Origin: Octopus vulgaris
Lineage: Eukaryota
DNA length: 64,000 bases
Assembly: GCA_951406725.2 (NCBI GenBank)
Contig: OX597814.1
Location: 92,380,001-92,444,000 of the forward strand
Direction: 5' to 3'
Made by a program: the position numbers and the translations under genes. The notes under the pieces are model-generated. The model did no database searches. It was not told where the DNA came from and was given only the letters and a program-made list of their open reading frames with translations. Below are positions 1 to 13,349 of this stretch, piece by piece; within the stretch, counting starts at the first letter, position 1, and each line of letters begins with the position of its first letter.

Positions 1-170
1 GTAGATAAGTCGATTACGACGACCCCAGTGTTCGATTGTTACTTAATTTATAGGCCCTAAATGTATGAAGGGAAAAGTCGACCTCGGCAGATTTCGAACT
101 CAGAACGTAAAGACGAGCGAAATTCCGCTAAGCATTTTACCCGGTGCGGTAACGATTCGGCCAGCTCATC
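1..170 (-). mobile_element. tRNA-derived SINE, family A (partial)
   Basis: Reverse complement of the family A consensus, which has an A box (tggcagaatcg), a B box (gagttcaaattcc) and the core gtcgactttgcctttcatcctttcggggtcgataaa. More than 10 copies in the window. Confidence 0.8.
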
Positions 171-410
171 ATCCTAATTAATATTCATCACATTTGCATC
201 AAATTTGCAATGGAAAGCGCAACTTTGATGCAAGTCTGATGAAGTGTCATTTTAATGCCTAAAACCGGAAACATTACGTAAATTTTTCACTTTGAATTTT
301 TGCGTAAACTGACCTTGCCAGCAAAGTTTGCACAGAAACAATTATAACGAACCATTAAAGATGTATTAGAAAATGCCTTTGCCTTCTTATCATTTAGGTT
401 ATATATATAT

Positions 411-589
411 AGGTGTAGAAGTGGCTGTGTAGTAAGTACCTTGCTTACCAACCACGTGGTTCCGGGTTCAGTCCACTGCGTGACACCTTGGGCAAGTGTC
501 TTCTACGACCAAAGCGTTGTGAGTGGATTTGGTAGACGGAAACTGAAAGAAGCCCGTTGTATGTATGTATATATATATATGTGTGTGTA

Positions 590-620
<31 letters not shown>

Positions 621-850
621 TGTGTGTGCGTGAGTATGTGTTTGTGTGTCTGTGTTTTTTCCAAAAAAAATCGATTGACAACCGATGCTGGTGTGTTTAC
701 GTCCCCATAACTTAGCGGTTCGGCAAAAGAGACCAATGGAATATGTACTAGGCTTACAAAGAATAAGTACAGGAGTCGATTTGCTCGTCTAAAGGCGGTG
801 CTCCAGCATGGCCACAGTCAAATGACTGAAACAAGTATAAAGAGTAAGAG
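411..850 (+). mobile_element. tRNA-derived CORE-like SINE, family B
   Basis: Head gtggctgtgtagtaag...gggttcagtcc; CORE-like accttgggcaagtg; internal (GT)n; tail gactgaaacaagt. Related copies near 3180-3320(-), 21260-21690(+), 21950-22110(-), 26131-26270(+), 39950-40000(-), 47365-47495(-). Confidence 0.8.
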
Positions 851-854
851 AATA

Positions 855-905
<51 letters not shown>

Positions 906-1759
906 TTAACAATTAAGGATAACTTCTTAATAAGGAATCTTAACAAGAAATTATCAGGTAGTTAGCATGAAAAACTTCATAAGAGAAAAATTCGAAAATA
1001 ATTTTTTTCTTTTGAAAATATTAATTTATATTGTATAGAGGGCATTATTACACATAAATGTCTCACACTAAGAGGGACATAAGTCATTACTACCAAAATT
1101 TCACTAATCGTACCTAATGTAGTTTTCGAAGCAAGACATTTAAAAAATGAATTAAAAAAATGAATTTAGTTCTACTAAATATATATATTTATATATATAT
1201 TCTTGTACTGAGATTGAATCTTTGCTTATCGACAAATGCGCAAGTAATAAAACGCTGAATTTTCATATTTTCGTATCTTCATATATATGCAAAGATTCAA
1301 TCTCAGTAGAAGATCGCCTAAACAAGGAAAACCTGTTCATGCAAAAGTACAGACCACACCTCTATATACAAATTTGACCAGTTTAAAAATTATACTAAGG
1401 AGGCAGTTGTCTCCCTTGCCACCTGTTGCTTCCCTTGGTTCACTCTCTAGACTCATTCTTCTTATTCTTCAAATATCCAAAATGACGTGACCCCTCTGTC
1501 ACGAGAACTGATTACTGTTGCAATGACCCTTGAAAGGCTTATTTAAATAACGAAAACCGGTTGCCTTTCACAGCATTCATATAATATGTTTGTATTTATA
1601 AAAAGATATTAAACTATATGAAACGAAGGCATTTCTCTTCCACTTTTTATATTCTTCCACATATTTTCAGCTAATTTTGCCACATGGTGTATACTGTATC
1701 TTCAATATCTTGGCACCTTGCATCTTTTTATATTTCTATCTCTCTCTCTCTCTCTCTCT

Positions 1760-1797
<38 letters not shown>

Positions 1798-1800
<3 letters not shown>

Positions 1801-2055
1801 GAGGCGCAATGGCCCAGTGGTTAGGGCAGCGGACTCGCGGTCGGAGGATTGCGGTTTCGTTGTGTATGTTTATTGAGCAAAAGCACCTAAAGCTCCACGG
1901 GGCTCCGGCAGGGGTGGTGGCGCCCCCTGTTGTACTCACTCTCTCTTCCTGTTTCTTGATTAACGCTGCGATGGACTGGGGAACACATACGCCACAGAAA
2001 CCGGGAACCCGGGCCCATGAGCCTGGCTAGGCTTGAAAAGGACGCATAAATTAAA
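1798..2055 (+). mobile_element. tRNA-derived SINE, family C
   Basis: tRNA-like head ggcgcaatggcccagtggttagggcagcggactcgc; ctgcgatggactgg and agaaaccggg blocks typical of SINE bodies; follows an (AT)n tract. Confidence 0.65.
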
Positions 2056-2084
2056 AATAATATATATTTATGTGTGTGTGTATG

Positions 2085-3112
2085 CGACGGGATAACCGGA
2101 AACGTTCTCTGTTATGGTTCAAGCTTCCTCTGCTTGAAGCCACTTGATGCCATCCTCAGACATCTGTCTACCAACCGATGTCGTCGTGTGAACTCCTAGG
2201 GCTACGTGGTGCGTCTTTGCTTTGCAGTGCTTCTCCCCTCTTCGTCGATTTTTGTGATGGGGGAAACGAAGGGACAGCATGCTTCTGTGAAATGCTCTTA
2301 ATATTGAGCTAGGAATTGCGAATGAGAAGAGTTGCAGCAAAATGTGTGCCGCACTTGCTCACGGGAGATCAAAAACAGTCACAACTGAATGCGTATCGTG
2401 AACTGAAAGAACAATTGGAAATTGATCCGAACCTTGTTTTTTTTTTTTGTTTTTTTGTTGTTTTTTTTCTGAAAGATTATCACTGGTGATGAATGCTGGC
2501 ACCACGTCTAGCACCCGGAAACGAAATAGTAATCAAGTCAATGGAAACATTCAATGGCACCCCCTCCAAAAAGTGTCAAATGAAGTCCATTGTCAATTCA
2601 ATGCTGATTTGTTTTATTGATGCTAAAGGAATTGTCCACATCGTATTTGTTCCACCTGGTCAAACTATTAACTAGACAATTTACTTGGAAGTTCTCTGCG
2701 TTTGCGAGACTCGGTGAGACGAAAACGCCCCGGCCAGCGACTAAGTAGAGTGGTGGTTTCATCAGGACAATGCACCCGAAACACCGCTTTGATGGGAGAC
2801 AAGTTTCGACCAAAAATGGCATGACGCCGTTTACCCACCCTCCTTTTTCACTTGACCTTGCACCCTGCAACATTTTTTGTTTCCCCAAATTAAAAAAACC
2901 TTTAAAGGAAAACGTTTTGCAGATGTAGAAAAGGAGAAGAAAACGACGGAAATGCTAGAAGGCATCAATTCGCAAGAGTTCCAGGACTGCTTCGACCAGA
3001 GGAAAACGCAACTTCAAATGGAGAATACTTTGAAGGCGATAAAAATGTAAACACGTAAAACTAAGTGAATAAAATAATATTGCAAAATTCCAATTTTCTA
3101 TGGGTACCCTTC

Positions 3113-3114
<2 letters not shown>
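2085..3114 (+). mobile_element. Decayed mariner transposon
   Basis: Frameshifted transposase motifs ITGDE, MLICFIDAKGIVH, HQDNAP, HPPFSLDLAPCN; ends gggtacccttcgta. Confidence 0.85.
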
Positions 3115-3171
<57 letters not shown>

Positions 3172-3361
3172 CATGTATCTTTATGTTTCCGTCTACTAAA
3201 TACACTTACAAGGCTTTGGTCCGAGGCTACAGTAAATGACGCTTGCCCAAGATGTCACGCAATGGAAATGAACCCGGTTGGGAAGCAAGCTTCTTACCAC
3301 ACAGCCACTCCTGCGCCTATATATATATATAGATAGATGGATGGATGGAAAAATAGATAGG

Positions 3362-3397
<36 letters not shown>

Positions 3398-3767
3398 TTA
3401 AATACTGGGGTGTTACCCGCATATCACATGTAACTTTAGAAGTCAACTTCTGTTACAAAGGGTAAATGTCAGAAAATATGGCGTCCATACAATAAAAATA
3501 ATCTAAATTTTATCAAATTTCTTGGTGCTCATACAAATTGATAAAATAAACGCTAATTTTCAAAAGAAAATACATATTAGTTTAAAACAATGTGCGATAA
3601 AACTAAATTCTGTTTTGTGTATCTGTAATAGATATATGTTATTATTTTCTAAATTTTATCAACATAATCGAAATTTGCTCTATTGTAAACCTAAGTCTGG
3701 AAATTTCATTAAAAAATATGTATTTTTTTAGAAAGTTATAAAACACTCATTTTACTCTTATGTTGAG

Positions 3768-3799
<32 letters not shown>

Positions 3800-3914
3800 C
3801 TCTCTCTTACCCTCTCTCTATACGATGTAAAGCGTGCCTGGAGAAACCTACCAACCAACGAATATCTATAATGACTATTATATGTATCTGTGTGTTTACA
3901 TATAAACATACAAA

Positions 3915-5024
3915 AGAAACTGGTATTTTGCAATATTATTTTATTCACTTAGTTTTATATGTTTACACTTTTATCACCTTCAAACTATTCTCCATTTGAA
4001 GAACTATATCGGTCCAGACACATTTTCCACTGTTCAAAGCACTGCTGGAACTCTTGCGAAGTGATTATTTTAACGCCTCCGTCGTTTTTTTTTTTTTCCT
4101 TCACCTCTTCCGGAATACCAGTTCTCGTCACCAGTAATAACCTTCAAAAAAAAAAAAAGGTCGGGATCACTTTCCAACTGTTCTTTCAGTTCACGACACG
4201 CATTCGGTCGTGACTGCTTTTTATCTCCTGCAACTCTTTTCATTCGCAATTCCTCGCTCAAAATTCATTGGGAGGAGTTCCAGGGCTCACCGGTTATATC
4301 AACAAGTTCGTCAATTGTTCGGTAACGGTCCGCCAAGGTCAGTTCATGAATTTTCATGATGTTTTAATTCATTCGGGAGGGGATGGACGCTCTGAACGAG
4401 GTGGGTCTTCAAGCAACAAGTGAGCATTCATAAAGCGTGAAAAAAAACTCGTAGACATGTGTTTTGCTCATGGCAGCGGCCTCCTAAGCTGTTTGGAATA
4501 AGACAAGGCTGCCGTTTTCATCGACAGAAAATAGAATTTCACGGAAGCACGTTGTCCCTTCGTTTCAGCCATCGCAAAGCAAGGACGCACTCACGGGTAG
4601 TGAATCGACGATTTCCCCTGACCGCTGTACGCACATCTGCGATGTTTTTCTCAGTTCTGCCGGTTGCTGATCTCCTAGAACGTTCGTCACTATCGACATT
4701 CTTTTGGCCATCTTAGAAATGTCTGAATCACTCGTACACTTGTGTGCGGCTCATACGCTCATCTCCATACATTTTCTGCAACTTTGCATTACAGGTGTCG
4801 CCAAGCTTTTGACAAAATTTAATACAGATTCTCTACTTAACTTTCTCTGTCATGGTCAATGCGACGATCACACGCTACACACGTTCCTTCCAAGCACTGC
4901 TGTAAACAGTGTACTACGGTAAAGCAGAGGTAAGGTCAATCTCTGCCAAGCGTCTTCACTGCGTGCTTTAGCTTCGTTACTATGGCAACTGTTCGGATAC
5001 TTCTTGAGTAGACCACCACGTATA
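3915..5024 (-). mobile_element. Decayed mariner transposon, same family as 2085-3114, inverted
   Basis: LRMKRVA...ACRELKEQLESDPD...VITGDENW; 3920-4000 is the reverse complement of about 3010-3095. Confidence 0.85.
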
Positions 5025-5673
5025 TACATATACACACACATGCATACGCGCACGCACATACATGTGTGAGCATGTGTGTGCGTGTGTTTATTTTCTATTG
5101 CCCATTCCAGTTAATTCTAGGTATTTCAATATATTCAAAATATTGATTTTTCTGCGAAACGTCATTACCTGATAGGCTATTTGCAATATATTTTGCAATG
5201 GTTTTCACGTCCATAAGCTGATTTGAAATCATTTTTAATGGTAATTTCGGTTCTTAGTACTTTCTTTAGTACTGTTTTATTTAGTTATTTATTTTACAAG
5301 AAAACTGTACCTTCATTAATATTACGCAATTACAGCTTCTTCTGGCGCTGTCACTATCCTTTTAATCCACACAGGTTCGTATGGAATTAATTCTTTAACT
5401 ACTACTTATTTTTCGTCTACTGATCACGTTAAGACGCCATTTAATTTACTGCTCAGTTTTGCGTGGGTTTATTCTTTTCGTTAGAAACACAAACTTGTGT
5501 TCGTAGAAAATGTGAAAATACTTAATATGTACACGTGAGTACATACATACACTAACAAAGTCATTATACAAAGATGCACGCACACACACACACACACTCA
5601 CACACACACACACATATATATATATTACTCAGAGTAACAGGTTTAGTTGAATTTTCTGCTGCTTTAAATAAAG

Positions 5674-5708
<35 letters not shown>

Positions 5709-6012
5709 ATAGAATATATATACATATATATACGTGTATATATTATAGAATATATACATACAAGATATGTACGCGGAGTAGATGAAACAGGGACAACTGA
5801 AGAAGGGGAATATTTCTTGTGCTGTATGTCTTGTACTTTGATTTTTTCGTTGTTTGAAAAAAGTTCGTTTCTATGTTTTTGTTTTTATGTTTTCGTTTCT
5901 CATTGTGTTCAAAGTATTTTTTTGTCCTGTACCCATATATGCATGTATATATACATATACATGTAGGTATGTGTATATTTATAGGTATGTACATTTATGT
6001 ATGTATATATGC

Positions 6013-6102
<90 letters not shown>

Positions 6103-6147
6103 CATATATGTATGCATATATCTATATTATATATATATATATATACA

Positions 6148-6430
6148 TACGAAGGCACCATAAGAGCAACTACATCGTTAAAAGTAGAAGTCAAAAGTAC
6201 TTCTGTACCACAGAAAAGTTACAAATCTAATACAATCATATTAGGGGGAAAATTCGACTAAACATTAAAAACGTCTTACCTCTGCTCGGGCAGCACAAAT
6301 AATACTGGTCAACTTGGAATCGATTTCGAAATTAGTTCCAAATAGGTATCTATTTCTCTTCAGCAAAAGTCTACCAGCTTAATACTACTAAAATTTTTCC
6401 CCGCCATGCTCGCAAAAGTTTCGCTTCGAG
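6148..6430 (+). mobile_element. Partial MITE copy (same family as 8925-9375)
   Basis: Aligns by eye with 8925-9220 (gaagtcaaaa.tacttctgtaccacagaa...ggtcaacttggaa...tactactaaaatt). Confidence 0.7.
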
Positions 6431-6589
6431 TGACTAAACACTATTTAAACAAACGAAATACGTGAAATTATTTCTAAATAAATATAAAAAGGGATGGTAC
6501 TATTAAAATACCATCACCTGTGGCAATCGAGTTATCAACCGTACAAGCAAATTAATAAGATATATACATACAGTATAAGATATGCAATT

Positions 6590-6592
6590 ATA

Positions 6593-6630
<38 letters not shown>

Positions 6631-7420
6631 TACGCACGCACATGCACATTACGCCTACACAAACCCCTCAAACCCCCCACACACACACAACCCGCGCACA
6701 CACGCATACACAAATTCACATATACACCTATACGTATACATAGACACACATTATATGCATACATGCACACACATACACATACGCATGCACATATAGACAC
6801 AGGCACACACACACGCACACACAAACATGCGCACACAAACGCACGCACAGACGCACACGAATGCACACATACCTAACACTCACAATCCCACGCATACACG
6901 TATATACACCCACATACGCACACACGCACACACAACTACACGCACATACGATGCGCACACACATACACACACACGCGCACACGCAAATGAACCGACACAT
7001 ACCTCCCATACACACAGCACACACTCATACATACACGCACATAATTATACATACATGTATATACACATATGCACATACATGCACACACGCACACATACAC
7101 ACACGAACACACATACATACATACACACGCACACTGCAAACAAAACACACACACACTACATATACATACACACACGCACACATACTTCAAACCTACCAGT
7201 ACCTTCCACTGACCATTCTCCTACGTACATGTGTAGGTAAAGACACAACAGGAGCCACTCCTACTATAAATTCCTCCTATGACCTTAAACGATACTAAGC
7301 CCAACCACACACATAGATTAACAGCCACAACCACACACACACACACACGTGCTATCATTACACACAAACACACACACAGACCCGCACGCACATACCTACA
7401 CTTATACACACATACCTCCA
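6590..7420. repeat. Degenerate (CA)n-rich low-complexity tract
   Basis: Interrupted CA/TA/CG dinucleotide runs; source of the HT/CV-rich ORFs. Confidence 0.9.
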
Positions 7421-7479
7421 TCTCTTGCACTCTCCTATCTTTGAAAGAACTTTTTCTTCACCCATTCCCTTCCGGTCAT

Positions 7480-7690
7480 TCAATGACCGCTTGTGTATCG
7501 TTGGCGATTTTTTTTCCTCCGTCATCCCTTCCCTGGATCTCTCCTTTTTCTATGTTTCTGACGAAGACCTCCGCTCGAAACGTTAAATCCTCCTTCTTTC
7601 CTGAGCGTCCAGTAACACTCTACTTGTTCCACGTCCTCACGTTGTATGTTTTCTCTTTGTGTTTTCATTTTTGGATTAACTTTATATATA
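7480..7690 (+). mobile_element. Penelope-like terminal repeat fragment with minimal hammerhead motif (7554-7588)
   Basis: gttt-ctgacga-a-gacc-tcc-gctc-gaaa-cgtt-aaat; inverted copy at 55985-56190. Confidence 0.65.
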
Positions 7691-8438
7691 AATATATGTA
7701 TATATATATATGAATATATATATATTATTTATTAATATTATTATTTGAGTGAACACCACGCATCCATTTCCAAGTGAGTTTATCTTAATCTTTTTGAAGC
7801 AACTCTACTCTAGACCGTTTTCTACCCCGTCGTTTTCTCTCTCTCCTACTCCTTCTCTTTTTCTCTCTCTCGTTTCTCACACGTGACCATTGTCCATCTT
7901 TCTTTTCGTCATGTGATCATCTTTCTTTTCTTTCAGGACTTCCTAAAGACTGGACCTATCCTATCTATCTCGCTCTTCTATCTTTTCTCTTGTCAAAGAA
8001 AATATTTCTCCGACGTTTGCTATTTTAACTTCGTTCTGGAGTAACAACCCCCATGTTTGTTTCGTTCGGTTTCCTTGTATGCTTCCACTGTCCTGTTTTT
8101 GTTCCCAACTTGCACTCTCCATAAATTCCAAATTTTATTTTGGTACTCATGGGAGCAACTGTCTTCGAAGACTCGAAATAGCCAACAATTGATGAAGGGT
8201 CTTTATGTTGCTTGTCATGTTTTCCATTTGTTTCTATCATTGCTTACATATTAAACTCATTTGATTTTGTATTTCATGTTGTTTACTGTTGGTGACATCC
8301 TATACCCATATATGCATGTGTGTGTGTGCATTATATATATATATATATATATATAAGGATAAGATCGTTATTTCAATATCGAACTTATCAAGTGGCCAGC
8401 ATGGGAATAAAAACTTTCAAAGGTAATATTTATTATTA

Positions 8439-8623
8439 AAATTATAATTTGCAGTATCTAAGAGATACCTCAACGCTGGAAATAGCAGTCAAAACTTGAC
8501 TCTAAAACCACATTAAATGTTCATACAGAACCAGGTGTTGTATGAACATTTAATGTGGCTTTAGAGTTAAGTTTTGACTGTTATTTCCAGCGTGGAGGTA
8601 TCTCTTAGATACCCTAAAGTATA

Positions 8624-8627
<4 letters not shown>
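8439..8627. repeat. Long inverted repeat (about 75-90 bp arms, 11 nt loop)
   Basis: 8454-8527 gtatctaagagatacc...aatgttcataca is the reverse complement of 8539-8612 with few mismatches. Confidence 0.9.
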
Positions 8628-8664
<37 letters not shown>

Positions 8665-8667
<3 letters not shown>

Positions 8668-8820
8668 CTTTATTTAAAAACAGCAGAAATATAACAAAAG
8701 CTGTTACTGAGAGTTTCACGTTCCCGTTCGTCGGACAGTTTTAAATAAAGCATATTACTATACCTCTGGTATTTGAGTACTCTTTTTTCCACCTTGTTTC
8801 ACATTTATGTGCTTACTCCG
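8665..8820 (-). mobile_element. Penelope-like terminal repeat fragment with mutated hammerhead (8701-8738)
   Basis: Minus strand ctgt-ccgacga-acg-ggaa-cgt-gaaac-tctca-gta-acag; related fragment at 5626-5675(+). Confidence 0.6.
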
Positions 8821-8848
8821 GTATATATATATATACATATATATATAT

Positions 8849-8921
<73 letters not shown>

Positions 8922-8924
8922 GTA

Positions 8925-9375
8925 CAAGAAGGCACCACATGAGCCCCTACATCGCTAAAAATTGAAGTCAAAAATACTTCTGTACCACAGAATAGTCACA
9001 AATCTAACATAGGCGTGGTAGGAATAATTTCCAGTGAATATGAAACACGTCTTACCTCTGCTAAGTCACCACAACAATTCTGGTCAACTTGGAACCGGTT
9101 TCGAAACTAGCACCAAATAGGTTCCTGTTTCTCCTCAGTCAAAGTCTGCCAGTTTACTACTACTAAAATTTCGCCCCCCCCCCCCCACCACCACCACCAC
9201 CACCATGCCCGAAAAAGTTCCAAGTTCACAAGTATTACTTGTACGTCTTTAATATTCCCTGGAAATTTTTCCTACCATACCTGTATTAGATTTGTGACTA
9301 TTCTGTGGGACGGAAGTATTTTTAACTTCCATCTTTAGTGATGTAAGTGTTCATGTGGTATTAATTTGCCTGTAC
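8925..9375. mobile_element. MITE with about 120 bp terminal inverted repeats
   Basis: 8935-9050 is the reverse complement of 9243-9360 (ccacagaatagtcacaaatctaa / ttagatttgtgactattctgtgg); no ORF. Confidence 0.75.
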
Positions 9376-10133
9376 GGCTGATAACTCACTTGCCACACGT
9401 GATGGTATTTTAATAATACCATCCCTTCTTATACACACACACACACACATATATATATACATATCTATATTTATAATATATTATATTATATTATATTTCT
9501 CTTAGCGAATGTCAGTAAGCTTGTTTATTTAAATGCAAGTACCCTCCAACATACGGCTAAAGCATCGTTCGTCGATATAGATTTAACTACAAGACCTATA
9601 TTATTTAACTTTTTTGCAATGGAAGCACTTTAAATCCATTATGAGTATGCTCTTTACTATGTAATACATTTTCTGAGATTTTTATATATCTATTGTTGTT
9701 TGGAGATCATAATAACTTCTACATCTTTTCTTTAATTTGCTGATTGTATCTTCTTATGAACAGTTCAAACCATTCATTGGTTGCTTACAAGTTTTCCTTT
9801 AATCATCTCCCACTCGTTTCTTTGAAGTTACGAGAATACTTCTTGAATCATCTGAAAATTGTAATAAGTTAGTGGCTACGTGGAGCATATCTTATCTTAT
9901 ATATACATATAGGAGAAGCAAAAAGAGATATGTATGTGTGTTCTCTTTCTTGTTTTAATTTAGAACATATTTTAACTGGTCACCAACTTGGCAGCAAAGT
10001 TGTGAAAGAAAGTATCTTGTTTTATTCGTCAACCTTGAAATCTTAAGAAAGTTTTGCAGACTTTTATAGTCCTAAATATATATCTTATCATATACATATA
10101 TATATTCATATATATATATATACACACACACAG

Positions 10134-10261
<128 letters not shown>

Positions 10262-10559
10262 TATATTTAAACACACAAGGAATCCACATAGGGATTCTAC
10301 ACGCTAGAAAGAACAGCTAGGTTCTATAACCACAAAAATTAGGGATAAAATTCGACAGGAACAAATTTAGAAATGAAAAACATTTACCATCTAGTTTCCT
10401 AGACCAATTGGTTTCTGATCTTATTTTAGTGAGTCAAGGAGAACTCACTAGGTTTGATCTTCCTCACCAGTTCCAACCTAGGGTCAAACGTATACACACG
10501 GGACAATCAAAACTACTTGTCTCGTGTTTATACGTCCTAACTTTTTCAAAATTTACTGT

Positions 10560-11601
10560 GCAATCGCAATCCTTCGCTGGCCATATTAAAAGCCGCCAAC
10601 TTTTAAAACCGAAAATTATCCAAAAGCTTAGTGTTTAATCATATCAAAGGGAAATGGAAGTGATATGATTTTTTTTCCTTCAACTTTAACTAAAGGGCCA
10701 ACACCAAAGCTACTAAATGCCGCCCACACCATCGGACCCCCGTCTTTTATACACGCATTTCGCCTTCTTTTTCACGCATTTCGGATGGAATTCCTTGGTT
10801 GGGCGATGTCTGACGGATGTTTTACCATCTGCTCCAAATATACAGAAGCGTGACTCGTCACTCCAAAGGACCCTGCACCAATCTTCGACAGTCCATTGAG
10901 CATGACCTTTTGCGAAATTAAGGCGTTTGAATCGATTTCTTTTGGATATTATTGGCTTCTTCCTAGCGATTCGTCCCTGTAGTCCAAATTTTCTGAAACG
11001 GACGGTTTTTGGTGTAAAAATAACACCATTCTCGTTGGACAATTCTGAAAGTCGGTGGATTCGACGGTCCAACTGCGCCGTCTTTTTTCTTGGGGCGCCA
11101 GTCCTTTGCCGATCTTTATATTGAGCAGTCTCCGAGTGTAACTTCCACGCTTGAACACAAACCGTTTTACTGCACTTTAGTTGCTTGGTGATGTTCGAAA
11201 AGGAAACTTTTTGCTGGTGGAGTAATACGATTTTTGCTCTCGTGACTGGACTGAGGCTACGTTATTTTCCCATTATTAATCAATTGTATAATAACGTTAA
11301 ATTATAACACTATATAGTGTATTTAGGCTTGTTGTGTGACCACCCATTTTGGCAAAACAATTTGCATACATATTACATGGTCTTAAACTAATTTTGCCGG
11401 TAAATTTGAAACGTTTATATTAATTTAGCATTAGAATTTTTCAAGTTGTATAAAAATAGTTATTGTCTGCATCATTCGAAAGGGAAATAAATTCTGCATA
11501 AGGTATAAAAGATACAAATAATTTGTATAGCGTTAGTAGCAAAGTATTTTGTAAGAAATAGAACTTTTATCATCGGTCTTAAATTTATTTTCGCCAGTGT
11601 A
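10560..11601 (-). mobile_element. Decayed Tc1-family transposon (5' terminus and transposase)
   Basis: MGK*RSLSPVTRAKIV...TGAPRK...GLQGRIARKKP...RLNFAKGH..WTVEDWCRVLWSDESRF; terminus ta-cactggcgaaaataaatttaagacc. Confidence 0.9.
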
Positions 11602-11831
11602 TGTATATATTATACACGTAGAAAAGATATGTGGAAAGTAAGAAGAAGAAAGCGAAACTGCACATTGGATATCAAAAAAATAAAGGCTTTTTTATGAAAA
11701 GTAGCGATAAATATTTGCAATTAGATGAACGGAGGTAGAATTGAGAGGCATAAATGTCATTATTTTGAATTGTTAATGAGATTCAAAGTCATTAACAACT
11801 GAATGTGTGTGTGCCCCCCCCCCCCGCGCGT

Positions 11832-11883
<52 letters not shown>

Positions 11884-11884
11884 A

Positions 11885-12360
11885 TGCTTCAGATCGAAGT
11901 GGATGGGGAAGAAATGTGTGGAGTTGAGTGAAATCATTTGAGGAGGCCTGGATAACGCAAGTAAGACACAAAAGAAATCTAAGGAAGTATGTAACGATCG
12001 AGAAGGTGAATGACAATGACCTTTTTGTGTGCAGTCTGTGACAGACCATGCCTGTCTTTTGCTGGCCTCAAATCTCATCTGCGAACGCATGAAAAAGGAA
12101 TTTGCACCAACTATTCTACCTATATGTCTGCACACCTTTCAATGCAGTGTGAGCCAGAACGTTTGCAAATCCAATGGAAGCCTCTAAAGACATTTTAAGA
12201 TCCACAAAGAGCAGAACTTATCTGGTCCAAATCGGGGGTGCAATCTATGTGGGTGTCTTTTCAGAACATTGTCTGGTTTAAAAAGCCACATCAGATTCCA
12301 TGATGGCATTAAGGTGTAGGTACAGGAGGTAGCCAAACTCTGCATAAGGATTTGGCAACC
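11885..12360 (+). mobile_element. RTE-like LINE 3' end with three degenerate C2H2 zinc fingers
   Basis: DRSGW followed by CAVCDRPCLSFAGLKSHLRTH, CSVSQNVCKSNGSL*RHFKIH and CNLCGCLFRTLSGLKSHIRFH; interrupted by stops. Confidence 0.6.
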
Positions 12361-12467
12361 AATATATGTAGTGTATGTAGTGGCATCTATATGAAATCTT
12401 AATCCAAATGAACGAAGTATAACCATCTTACTATGATACAATATTTATTTACACTACTTAGAATATG

Positions 12468-13349
12468 TACGAGGTGGTATCAGAAACTTCGCGGACTAGT
12501 TCTATAGAAACTTCGCGGACTAGTTCTATAGATGGCAGCACACAGTTGCGAGCGCTTTGAGTGTTAGCAGTAACCTTCATGAGGCAGTGTGCCGAGTGAC
12601 GTTGCTGTGTTTACTTCGCAAGTTGTGCAATTTCTGTTTTTGTGATCACGTGTATGCTGTAGTCTGCGATATCATGAACAAGAACAAAGAGCCGACGTGA
12701 CAGTTTGTGTTGAATTTGAAAAGTCTGCCACAGAGACATTGAGCATGATTCAGGAAGCTTACGGCGAAGAGGCAATGGGTCGTACGCAATGTTTCAAGCA
12801 CGTTTCAAAAGCGGAAGAACGTCTCTGGAAGGAGATGAACGATCCGGAAGGACTGCCACGAGCATCACCCTCAGGACCAGAACGTCAAACCACAGTTGTA
12901 CTTCGACGTTTTGAAGCGTTTGAGGGAGAACATTCGGCGAAAGCCATCGGACCTATGGAGCATGAAGAATTAATTGGATTCCCCACCGAGCCCTCCTCAC
13001 CTGTGAGTTTCTCGCCAAAAACAACATGGTATCTCTTCCGCACCCGCACTATTTGCCAAATTTAGCACCTGCGGACTTCCATCTCTTCCCTGAGATGAAA
13101 ATGCAGCCCAAAGGTCGTTGTTTTAACGTTGCTGTCAAGATGCGGAATGAATCGACAGCAGAAGGTCTTCGACTCGCTTACGGAAAAAACTACCAGGCCG
13201 GATTCCAAAAGTGGCAGGACCGCTGGGACCGGTACATTGCTGCGCAAGGTGACTATATTGAAGGTGATAATGTTAAAACTTAGGTTAGGTAAATAAGTTA
13301 TATTTCGTTAAATGTAACAAGTTCGGGAACCTTTCGATACCACTCTGTA
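12468..13349 (+). mobile_element. Internally deleted mariner transposon
   Basis: Imperfect TIRs tacgaggtggtatcagaaac / ggaacctttcgataccactctgta; KSATETLSMIQEAYGEEAM and HPHYLPNLAPADFHLFP...WQDRWDRYIAAQGDYIEGD. Confidence 0.88.

Noticed and set aside
1800-1870. tRNA gene
   Set aside because: Only the 5' half is tRNA-like; no T-arm or acceptor closure; continues into a SINE body. The same applies to heads at 411, 24129 and 49845.
12010-12305. Host C2H2 zinc-finger gene exon
   Set aside because: Stops, no TGEKP linkers, and LINE-like flanking motifs point to a retroelement.
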